This document shows, piece after piece, positions 32,788-41,914 of a stretch of DNA of 64,000 nt (positions are counted from its first letter, which is position 1; every line of letters begins with the position of its first letter). The notes beneath the pieces are model-generated. The model saw only the letters and a list, made by a program, of their open reading frames with translations, made no database searches and had not been told where the DNA came from. A program made the position numbers and the translations under genes. Source of the stretch: Bacteroidales bacterium (GTDB lineage: Bacteria; Bacteroidota; Bacteroidia; Bacteroidales; JAADJA01). The stretch spans positions 468-64,467 of the forward strand of contig JAWKKM010000015.1 of assembly GCA_041393255.1 (NCBI GenBank), given 5' to 3'.

Positions 32788-35700
32788 ATGAAACAACAAG
32801 CCACCATATTGTCAGCAGAATTGTCGGGTTTCCAGATTTTGGCTGAGAACCTGCCACCGGATGAAATTGCTCCTTTGCTGGATGAGATACACGCCCTTGT
32901 TGAAAATACAGTCCGCCTACACCAGGGGGAAATTAACCGCTATACCGGCGATACTTTTCTTGTAATATTTCATGCCGGGAAATCGGCTGCTAAAAATGCC
33001 TTGGATGCTGCTTTTGAAATTAAAGATCAATTAGATTCCTTTATCGGCGATAAGCAACTGGAGCAACCTTTAAACCTGAAAATTGGAATTGCCAGCGGTG
33101 GGATAATAGAAGCAGGCATTGGTGCCGATCAGAAGCAACAAACCCTGATGGGCGAAGCCGTGAACCATGCCACCCGCATCAGCCGCTTTGCCGGGGCAGG
33201 CCAGCTACTCGCCGACGACATTACACTGGATGGCCTGAATGATGATTTCGAGTATCAAAAACTGGAGCCCATCCCAATAAAAGGAGGAACAGAGACCCTC
33301 CCCATTTTTGAATTAACAGGAAAGCTTAGAAAGAAACTGGATATTAAACCAAAATCAGAACGAAAGATTGTTTCTGTAATGGTAGGCCGTAGCAGGGAAG
33401 CGGAGCAATTGGAAAGCCTGATTAAGAACCTGGTTGCAGGAAAAGGCTCCATCGTAAATATTGTTGGCAAGGCCGGAATTGGCAAGTCGCGCCTGATGGC
33501 TGAGATAAAAGTACAACCCATCATGGAAAAAGTACTATTGCTCGAAGGCCGTGCAGTGTCGACAGGGCAAAATCTCAGTTTTCATCCCATTACCAATTTG
33601 ATCAAATCCTGGGCTGGGATCACCGAAGATGACTTGCCTTCAGTTTCCTCGGAAAAACTATACCAGGGAATAAAACACAATACTCCTGAACAGGCCGATG
33701 AAATTTATGCCTTTGTTGCCACCATGATGGGATTGCCACTTGAAGGTAAATACAAAGAAAGGGTAAAAGGAATCGAAGGGGAGGCATTGGAAAAACTCAT
33801 CTTAAAAAACCTTCGTGACCTGATCATTGCTGCCACCAGAGACAAACCCCGCATCTACATGGTCGAGGATATGCACTGGGCCGACAGTTCTTCGTTAACC
33901 CTATTCGAGTCACTTTATAAACTTTCACTGCAATATCCTGTGATGTTTATTAATGTAATGCGGCCCGGCTACAAAGAAACCGGGGATTATATTTTAAAAC
34001 ACCTGGTTGATAATTTTCCGGGCAACCACACGACCATCAATATTGACCCTTTAGAAGAAACGGAATCCACAAACCTGATCAAGAATCTTTTACGCGAAAC
34101 ACCCCTGCCTGTTGAAATCCAAAAGATGATTATTCGCAAAACTGAGGGAAATCCTTTTTTTATTGAGGAGATCATAAGAAGTTTTATTGATGAAGAAATC
34201 ATTGAGGTTAAAGAGGGAAACTTTATTGTTACCGAAAAGATCAAAGATGTTAATATCCCGGAAACCATCAACGAGGCCATATTATCGAGGGTAGATAAAC
34301 TGGATGAAAAAACCAGGGAACTCCTCAACACAGCTTCGGTAATGGGACGAAATTTTTACTATAAAGTTTTGGAAGAAGCAACCGATACTATTGAAGAACT
34401 CGACGACCGCTTGTCCTACCTTACCGAAGTACAGCTTATCAGTGAAACCAAAAAGAAGCAGGAAGTTGAGTATCTTTTTAAACACGCATTGGCCCAGCAA
34501 CTGACCTACGATGCCATGATGCAGCAATCGCGCAAGGAGACCCACTTAAAGATCGCCCGATCCATTGAGAAGGTATTTGCTGATAATATCAATGAATTTT
34601 TTGGGACCTTGGTTTATCATTATGAATTGGCAGAGGATAAAGAAAAAACCATCTATTATTTATGGTTGGCTGGTGAAGAAGCTATGAAATCTGGTGCCTC
34701 ATCAGAAGCCCTTCAATTTTTTGAAAACGCACTTGATGCTATACCGCAGAAGAAAAAAGATGACTCAAAAGATTTTGAAATAAGAGTCCTGAGAATCAAT
34801 ATTGCCAATATGTATCATGCAGTGGGACGCAATATCGAATCGGTTGAGCTCTTTGAATTCATTTTTGAGAAATACTTTAATTACAGGGTTGCAAAAACGG
34901 AAAAGGGTATCATGCTGAGGGGTATTTGGGGAATGATCACGATCGCTTTCGCATTTAGATTTCCAGGGTTATTTTTTAGAAAATCAATAAAAAAGGAAGA
35001 AGAATCGATTTGTTCTCATCTTCTCGGGTGGGGTACCCCTATTTCTACAATAAATCCGAGACATTTTGTTTTTAAGCCATGTGATGCGGTCAGGAGATTT
35101 ATTAAGTACGATACCATGGGCTCTCAGGCAGTTCTGGAACTTTACATCCAAATTTCATGTATATTTCTTTGGGCATCATTTTCTTACCCAACTACCAGGA
35201 AGATCATTAATCTTGTTGATCAGGCAGATCTTCAATTAAACCCAAGACCTCTTTTGTCTCTATTCATGACAAAAAGCATGTTTAACTTAAATACCGGAAA
35301 ATGGCTTTACAATATTGAAGCCGATGAAGTATTTAACGCAGGAATCAAAGCGGGTGAGCTATGGATGACTAGTGTCACTGCCTTGTATCTTGGTTTGCAG
35401 AAGATCGAGATGGGGGATTATGCAAGTGCTATTGAGATTTCGGATAAACTTAAAGAATTAGGAAATTCATTTGAAAACAGTTTTGCAATCTCACAAGGAT
35501 ATAGAGTGAGATCGGTATGCCTAATGAAATTCAGGAAATTTGAACACCTGCAGGAATTAATAGACGAGACTAAGGTTTACATGCATAATACAGATAACAA
35601 GTTACACGCATTGCTGGTAGAATTGGTACAAAGTCACCTCCATATTCACAAAAACAATCTGGAAGCAGCAGTCAAATCTTTCGAGGAAGCAAAAGAGTCT

Positions 35701-36180
35701 CTGGAGATAATCAAGAGTGTTGCGAGCTATTATACGTATTATCTGATAACAAAAATTCAGCTGGGCTTAGCTTTGGTGAATGACAAAAGAAACATGAATA
35801 TTAAAAACATTAAAGAAATCAGGGAGATGTTAAAAACATCCAAAAAGCTGATCTCCAAATCCAAAAAATTTGTCAGTAACCTTACCGAAGCTTATGTGCT
35901 AAGAGCGAGAATATTCATGTTTCAGGGTAAGCTTGGAAAGGCAATCAAAAATCTTCAACTGGCAATTCAAGCAGGCGAAAAATACCAAAGCCGCCTTGAA
36001 CTTTCTCGTGCCTATTTCGAAACCGGTAAATTCCTTTCCGATCCAAAAACAAAACAAAAACAACTCAACGGACTTTCAGGAAAAGAATATCTGGAAAAAG
36101 CCAAAACCATGTTTGAAGAAATGGATTTGCAGTGGGATTTGGAGGAATATAATAAGTTTAACCATACCCGAACATTGTAA
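32788..36180 (+). CDS. Class III nucleotidyl cyclase - STAND P-loop NTPase - TPR/helical repeat protein, copy 2 (intact)
   Basis: Same architecture as copy 1 in a single ORF. I chose ATG 32788 (MKQQATILSAELSGF) by analogy with the copy 1 start. It begins 5 nt after the copy 1 stop. Confidence 0.85.
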   Translation: MKQQATILSAELSGFQILAENLPPDEIAPLLDEIHALVENTVRLHQGEINRYTGDTFLVIFHAGKSAAKNALDAAFEIKDQLDSFIGDKQLEQPLNLKIGIASGGIIEAGIGADQKQQTLMGEAVNHATRISRFAGAGQLLADDITLDGLNDDFEYQKLEPIPIKGGTETLPIFELTGKLRKKLDIKPKSERKIVSVMVGRSREAEQLESLIKNLVAGKGSIVNIVGKAGIGKSRLMAEIKVQPIMEKVLLLEGRAVSTGQNLSFHPITNLIKSWAGITEDDLPSVSSEKLYQGIKHNTPEQADEIYAFVATMMGLPLEGKYKERVKGIEGEALEKLILKNLRDLIIAATRDKPRIYMVEDMHWADSSSLTLFESLYKLSLQYPVMFINVMRPGYKETGDYILKHLVDNFPGNHTTINIDPLEETESTNLIKNLLRETPLPVEIQKMIIRKTEGNPFFIEEIIRSFIDEEIIEVKEGNFIVTEKIKDVNIPETINEAILSRVDKLDEKTRELLNTASVMGRNFYYKVLEEATDTIEELDDRLSYLTEVQLISETKKKQEVEYLFKHALAQQLTYDAMMQQSRKETHLKIARSIEKVFADNINEFFGTLVYHYELAEDKEKTIYYLWLAGEEAMKSGASSEALQFFENALDAIPQKKKDDSKDFEIRVLRINIANMYHAVGRNIESVELFEFIFEKYFNYRVAKTEKGIMLRGIWGMITIAFAFRFPGLFFRKSIKKEEESICSHLLGWGTPISTINPRHFVFKPCDAVRRFIKYDTMGSQAVLELYIQISCIFLWASFSYPTTRKIINLVDQADLQLNPRPLLSLFMTKSMFNLNTGKWLYNIEADEVFNAGIKAGELWMTSVTALYLGLQKIEMGDYASAIEISDKLKELGNSFENSFAISQGYRVRSVCLMKFRKFEHLQELIDETKVYMHNTDNKLHALLVELVQSHLHIHKNNLEAAVKSFEEAKESLEIIKSVASYYTYYLITKIQLGLALVNDKRNMNIKNIKEIREMLKTSKKLISKSKKFVSNLTEAYVLRARIFMFQGKLGKAIKNLQLAIQAGEKYQSRLELSRAYFETGKFLSDPKTKQKQLNGLSGKEYLEKAKTMFEEMDLQWDLEEYNKFNHTRTL
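33334..33893 (+). repeat. Partner of the 29936-30495 near-identical block
   Basis: See 29936-30495. Confidence 0.85.
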
Positions 36181-36192
36181 TGGTTTTTAAAA

Positions 36193-36200
36193 TATGTTTG
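36193..36200 (+). promoter_or_regulatory. -7 box TATGTTTG upstream of the DUF4143 ATPase gene
   Basis: TAnnTTTG 54 nt upstream of the ATG at 36254. It overlaps a weak AT-rich hairpin (36191-36218). Confidence 0.3.
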
Positions 36201-36253
36201 TTTATATCGAAACATATTGTTATTTTAGCAGCATTATTCAACTATAACTGAGC

Positions 36254-37462
36254 ATGATTATAAGAACTTCGTATCTTGAAAAACTCAAAATCTACACTGG
36301 GAAACCTATTATTAAAATAATCTCCGGAATGCGAAGGGTTGGGAAGAGTGTATTACTAAGACAATATCGCGAATTTCTTCTTGAGTCTGGCGTAGATGAA
36401 AAAAATATCCTGCTTATCAATAAGGAATCTATTGAGTTCGATTTTATTTCAAATTATCAGGAACTTTACAATTTCATCAAAAAGACAGTCTCACCGCAAC
36501 CTGGAGTTAAGCATCTTCTGATTGATGAAATCCAGGAAATTGACCAATGGGAAAAAGCAATAAATTCATTTTTTGCCGAGGGATCATATGATATTACCGT
36601 TACCGGTTCGAACGCACGGATGCTTTCAACCGAACTCTCAACACTACTGGCAGGTAGGTATGTTGAAATTTCTGTTTATCCCTTTTCTTTTAAGGAATTT
36701 ATACAGGTAAGGACACAAACGCATCCGGGCGAAAATACCGGCGACTCGTTTAAACTATATCTGCGTTATGGTGGCCTTCCAGGCATCCATTCATTACCCC
36801 TCACCGACGAAGCTGTTTTCCCTTACCTGAATGCTATTTTTAATAGCGCACTGCTAAAAGATGTTGTTTTACGCAATAAGATCAGAGATGTGGAACAGCT
36901 TGAAAGAATAACCCGTTTTATTTTTAGTAATTGTGGAAATATTACTTCTGCTAAAAACATTGCCGATTACCTGAAATCCCAGCGAACCAAAATTTCTATT
37001 GAAACGGTACAGAACTATCTGTTTTATCTCAGCCAGGCTTTTATGATACACAAAGTGAGGCGTTACGACCTGAAAGGCAAAAAAGTGCTCGAATATTCGG
37101 AAAAGTATTATTCGGCTGATGCAGGCTTAAGATTCGGTATTGTTGGATATACTGACGATGATATTTCAGGGGTACTTGAAAATATTGTTTTCATTGATTT
37201 GCTTAATCGTGGATACACTGTTTATGTTGGTCAGATAGGTCAGCTTGAAATTGATTTTATCGCTGAAAAGCAGGAAGAAAAAAGATATATACAGGTTACT
37301 TACCTGTTGAGTAGCGAAAAAACTGTTGAAAGAGAGTTTGGAAACCTGATGCGCGTGAATGATAATTTCCCTAAAATGGTTCTTTCAATGGACGAATACT
37401 GGGATAAAACCAGGCAGGGCATTGTAAGAAAAAACATTATTGACTTTCTGGACGAGGAGTGA
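36254..37462 (+). CDS. AAA+ ATPase of the AAA_14/DUF4143 type
   Basis: Walker A is GMRRVGKS and Walker B is HLLIDEIQEI. The size (402 aa) and C-terminal region are typical of DUF4143 ATPases. Confidence 0.75.
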   Translation: MIIRTSYLEKLKIYTGKPIIKIISGMRRVGKSVLLRQYREFLLESGVDEKNILLINKESIEFDFISNYQELYNFIKKTVSPQPGVKHLLIDEIQEIDQWEKAINSFFAEGSYDITVTGSNARMLSTELSTLLAGRYVEISVYPFSFKEFIQVRTQTHPGENTGDSFKLYLRYGGLPGIHSLPLTDEAVFPYLNAIFNSALLKDVVLRNKIRDVEQLERITRFIFSNCGNITSAKNIADYLKSQRTKISIETVQNYLFYLSQAFMIHKVRRYDLKGKKVLEYSEKYYSADAGLRFGIVGYTDDDISGVLENIVFIDLLNRGYTVYVGQIGQLEIDFIAEKQEEKRYIQVTYLLSSEKTVEREFGNLMRVNDNFPKMVLSMDEYWDKTRQGIVRKNIIDFLDEE

Positions 37463-37654
37463 AAGAGCCGTCCTGCACCGAAACAAATAGTTAAAACTCC
37501 GACCAATAAATGCAAACTCCCCTAACGCATTCATCATGAAAATCCCAGCGTTCAGATAAAAACTCCCGGCGTTCACATATCTGTTTCATGTTTGCCTTCC
37601 CCAGTTACTACTTTTGGTTATGTAAATTTTTTATTAACTAAAATTAGAAGCCTT

Positions 37655-40345
37655 ATGAGAACTTTAAAAATTACCATTTCGATTGCAACAACATTTCTGT
37701 TGTTGTTTTTATTTACCAGCTCAATTTTTGCCCAACTTGAATTTGTTGGGAATTATCAAGACGGTATGGGAGGTGCCGGCTGGGATGCTGATGGCTCCGG
37801 ACCAGAACCCTATGGAAACGGGCATGGGGATATATTTTATTACACAGCCTCACGTGATTATTTGGACGGTGAGGACCATTGTGGTGGGGAATTAACAGAT
37901 GTATTAAATGGATTCCCTACGTTTGAACAAGAACTTGCTGCCAACGGATATTCGTATGATCAGGTAACACTTAAATTTGCACTTGCCAACCTGGGTGATG
38001 ATGTTGAAGGTATTGATTACTTTACTGTGGATGGATTGCATTATTGCAACTTTTATCCCATTGTCATCACTTTTGAGCTTGATGGAGAACCACTGATAGA
38101 AGCTGTTGGGAATTATGGAATATACATCACCGGAACAAATGTAAGGGAATTTGAATCTGGGTTTTTGAAAATTAACAACATTTCAAACGGGAACAATGAA
38201 ATAGTGGCAGATGCTTTTATGGCAGATATTGCAACAGAAGAGCTACAGCTTAAAATGACAATTTCACCTGATAATGCAGCAACATTTGTCAACGTAAATG
38301 GAAGAACAGGTGCTTATATTGATGTTACCTGCACATTTGAAAAAGGTTTGCCGGAAATCCCAATGCAGGGCCTAATTTCTGAAAACATGGGAACCGCTGC
38401 ATGGAATGCAGATGGCACAGGCCCTGAACCCTATGGAAATGGTCATGGTAATGTGGTTTATTATTCAGCATCTGTAGACTATGATGGAATAAATCCTGAT
38501 CCTAATGCTTGTTTGGCTAAATTTTTAGATGGCTCTCAGGGTTTTAAAAACACACTACTTCAACTACAGTATAGGGGATTTGAAATAAGTGATCTAAAAG
38601 TAAAAATGGGTCTTTGTAGTCTGGGACCAGATGTTGAAAACGAAGATTGGGGTTTTGAAAATGGATATGAATGGCTAAACGAATACAACATTGCTTTTAC
38701 TGTTGAATTAAATAATGAGCCCATACTTGAATTTTTGCAGGACACTAATAAAATGACATTCATCAATCCGGCTACCGTTACATGGGCCACAGAAAGTTCG
38801 ATATGCAAAGTTTATGATATTTCAGGGAATGCTTCTACAGATGCTCAATTTGTAGTTCAATCATTTTTGAAGGATCTTGGGAGCCATCGTCTGAAAACTG
38901 ATGTTTCGAATATTAGTTTAGTTGGACAAATGCCTTCAGGGGATGGAAGAACTGGTGTTTGGTACGATTTAGTTGCAGGTTCTTTTGTTGGTGTTCACGA
39001 ACAAGCCACCTTTGTTTCGGAAGGTACAGTAAGTGGCACCTGGACAGCAGAAAATTCACCCTACTATATTGAAGGACCGATCACTGTTGAAAATAACCAG
39101 ATGCTGACTATAGAACCAGGTGTTCGGGTAGCTGTGAGGGGCACTTATCCCATTACCGTGAAGGGTAACATAATGGCTGAAGGTACAGCTGATAATAAAA
39201 TTATGTTCACAGCATCCAATCCAAATATTACTTTTGATGGCCTGGATTATGAGGGAGGCAATATTGTAAGTGCTGGTCCTTCTGTTTTTGATCATTGCAT
39301 TTTCCAATATGGTAAGGCTATGGGTGGTGGAGAATACAATAGTGGTGGAATATTTGCTGTTCGCGATTATGATGATATTGAAATTTATAACTCTGTTTTC
39401 AGGCATAATCTTGCAGATTTACCTGATATCAACTATTACGGTAGTGGTGGAGCTATCGCATTATGGAATGCAAGCCCATTTATTCAGAAATGCATTTTTT
39501 ATGATAACTATGCATTGGAATATGCAGGAGCTATATTGGTATATATGGAATCTGAACCCATTATTTCAAACTGCTTGTTTTATAACAACGAATCTGAAAG
39601 GGGAGGAGCTATTGCTTTTTATGAAAATTCAAATGGAATTTTGATAAACAGTACAATTGCTGATAATGTTGCCACTTTATTTGGAGGTGCACTATATTTT
39701 TATCAAGAGTCTAATCCTGAAATAATCAATTCAATACTGTGGAACAATGAAGCCGCAAGCTCAGGAAATGAGGTATATTTCTCCAATTGGGCCAGTACCC
39801 CAGGTTTTTATTACAATGATATTGAGGGAGGACTGGAAGGATTTGGTGGCCTACCATTTACTGGAGATTATGAAAATTGTATTGATGAGGATCCGTATTT
39901 TGGAGAGGTTGAAGAGTTTCACTACAAAATTTCAGAAGGGTCGCTATGTGTAAACGTTGGAGTCCCAAGTACTTCAAGTTATTATTATCTGGAATATCAG
40001 CCCGAATATTGTTTGTGCGGGTTTGAGAGAAATTATGGTGGCTGTATTGACATGGGAGCATATGAAACGGATATAGTGAGCAGAATCGGTTCAAACCATG
40101 AAAATAGTAAAGAAGTTGTTGTATATCCCAATCCGGCTGCATCCACATTGTATATAACCGGAAATATGATAAATGAATTTGACATGGAGGTCGAAATTCT
40201 TAACCTCCTGGGTCAAACCACAGCTAAATACAAAATTTCAGAGATGAATAATACCATAGAATTGAGTGAACTAAAATCAGGAACCTATTTCTTGAAATTA
40301 ACTGCAGGCACTGAAGTAATAACCCAAAAATTTGTTAAGAAGTAA
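37655..40345 (+). CDS. Large secreted protein: duplicated N-terminal domain, parallel beta-helix, T9SS C-terminal sorting domain
   Basis: Signal peptide (LFLFTSSIFAQ) from ATG 37655. The duplicated motif is AGWDADGSGPEPYGNGHGDIFYYTAS / AAWNADGTGPEPYGNGHGNVVYYSAS. The C-terminus reads VYPNPAASTLYI...GTYFLKL.... Confidence 0.75.
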   Translation: MRTLKITISIATTFLLLFLFTSSIFAQLEFVGNYQDGMGGAGWDADGSGPEPYGNGHGDIFYYTASRDYLDGEDHCGGELTDVLNGFPTFEQELAANGYSYDQVTLKFALANLGDDVEGIDYFTVDGLHYCNFYPIVITFELDGEPLIEAVGNYGIYITGTNVREFESGFLKINNISNGNNEIVADAFMADIATEELQLKMTISPDNAATFVNVNGRTGAYIDVTCTFEKGLPEIPMQGLISENMGTAAWNADGTGPEPYGNGHGNVVYYSASVDYDGINPDPNACLAKFLDGSQGFKNTLLQLQYRGFEISDLKVKMGLCSLGPDVENEDWGFENGYEWLNEYNIAFTVELNNEPILEFLQDTNKMTFINPATVTWATESSICKVYDISGNASTDAQFVVQSFLKDLGSHRLKTDVSNISLVGQMPSGDGRTGVWYDLVAGSFVGVHEQATFVSEGTVSGTWTAENSPYYIEGPITVENNQMLTIEPGVRVAVRGTYPITVKGNIMAEGTADNKIMFTASNPNITFDGLDYEGGNIVSAGPSVFDHCIFQYGKAMGGGEYNSGGIFAVRDYDDIEIYNSVFRHNLADLPDINYYGSGGAIALWNASPFIQKCIFYDNYALEYAGAILVYMESEPIISNCLFYNNESERGGAIAFYENSNGILINSTIADNVATLFGGALYFYQESNPEIINSILWNNEAASSGNEVYFSNWASTPGFYYNDIEGGLEGFGGLPFTGDYENCIDEDPYFGEVEEFHYKISEGSLCVNVGVPSTSSYYYLEYQPEYCLCGFERNYGGCIDMGAYETDIVSRIGSNHENSKEVVVYPNPAASTLYITGNMINEFDMEVEILNLLGQTTAKYKISEMNNTIELSELKSGTYFLKLTAGTEVITQKFVKK

Positions 40346-40363
40346 ATCCGCTTAATTTACATG

Positions 40364-40414
40364 AAACAGATGACACTATTTACATTGAAGTAAGCAGTGT
40401 CATCTGTTTTTTTA
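40364..40414. terminator. Strong bidirectional hairpin terminator
   Basis: A 14-bp perfect stem, AAACAGATGACACT / AGTGTCATCTGTTT, followed by a T-run. It lies between the convergent genes ending at 40345 (+) and 40421 (-). Confidence 0.75.
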
Positions 40415-40420
40415 TTCAAA

Positions 40421-41869
40421 TCAATTTGAAAAATAAGGTTTTTCAACAACAATTTTTAATGCCTGGCCATCAAGTAAAACAGCATTGGAATCCAACCCAT
40501 TTTTAAACGAAGTTATTTCAGTATCCCAATTATTATGGGTTCGTTGTGAAAGGGTTTCAACAGTTTCATCCTTTCCGGCAGTGGCAACCTGAAGATAAGT
40601 CCCTTGAATTCTTTTCTTTTCCTCGTTCGTCAATGGCCGGGTACTGTTTACTGCATTTGCAATGGCTTCGGAATGTTTCATATAACTCATACCCACAACA
40701 TTAAACAAAAGGCTTTCTATCTTAATCCAGTAAACCTGTACCTAAACAGGTTGCTGACCAGTGGCATCAGTTATGCTCACCACATAAGCAGGAAAGCCAT
40801 TGATGTCAATAGATTGATTTTGGTCCGGTTTGAGTTTATATTCTTTTTTCAAATAATCGGCAAATGCCTTTCCGATAGTGTCGGGCTCAACAACCGAATC
40901 ATTGATCATATAAACCAGGCGGGCTTCTCCATCCTTTTGCACTGCACCAACTGCCACCGGAACATTGATGGTTTTCCAGCCATCGGGGAATGTAATACTA
41001 AGATTTAAATCGGGATGCATAAAAAAAGTGGAATCGAAAATTCCCTGTGCCGGGTTAGGGCCATAAACCATTCCGGCAATTTTTTCATAAAGGGATTTTG
41101 TATCAGGAGCGATGGCAGCCTTTTCTGTCCATTGCAATTCAGCAATCTCTTTCTCAATGTTCTCAACTCTTTTCGGGGTATAGGGGTGACTAGAAAAATA
41201 ACTCCTTTTTTCGGATTCACCGGTCAGGTGCTCTACATCTGTTGATAGTCTTTCCAGTATGATGGCTAGTTTCTCCGGATTATAACCAGCAATTGACGCC
41301 AGTTTGATGCCCAATTTATCTGCCTCGCTTTCCTGTTTACGGCTGTAGTTTTTTAGAAACAATTCACTACCTAAACTCACTGGTGCATTGATGATATTTC
41401 CCAAATTAGAATTGAACATCCCTACAACTGCCCCTGGAATATGCAATATGCATGGAAATATACTTTTCTTCATTTGCTTTATTGCATGTCTTTTGGTTAC
41501 ATGGATCATTTCATGTCCCATCACACAAGCCAGTTCTGCTTCATCATTAACCAGACTTAACAACCCTCTTGAAATATAAATATAACCCCCTGGTAATGCA
41601 AAAGCATTGGGCTCGGCCATATCAACCACATGAAATTGAAATGTAAAAGGTGATTCTCCAAGTGCGCCAACCAATCGCTGGCCTACTGCTTGCACATAAG
41701 AAGTTAGCGCTGAGTCGTTGTAAATCCCTATTGTTTGTTCGACCTGAATTGCTGATTCAGCTCCAATTTGCTTATCGTATGAATAATCTTGTGCTATTGA
41801 TAAATTACTGATAAATAAAAGTATTACCAGAAAATTGATTTGGAAAATCCTTGTTTTTATATGGTTCAT
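40421..41869 (-). CDS. M48-family zinc metallopeptidase with one frame break near 40730
   Basis: Signal peptide plus HEMIH (HExxH). ORFs 40742-41869 and 40421-40708 are contiguous parts of one gene. Confidence 0.75.
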
Positions 41870-41914
41870 TTCAATTAAGTTTGTATTCTTGTGATAAGTA
41901 AGTAGTTATTGTTT

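Noticed and set aside
36190-36228. AT-rich hairpin AATATGTTT/AAACATATT after STAND copy 2, considered as a terminator
   Set aside because: It has only 9 A/T-rich base pairs with a 10-nt loop. It overlaps a TAnnTTTG box that may be the next gene's promoter, so its role is ambiguous.
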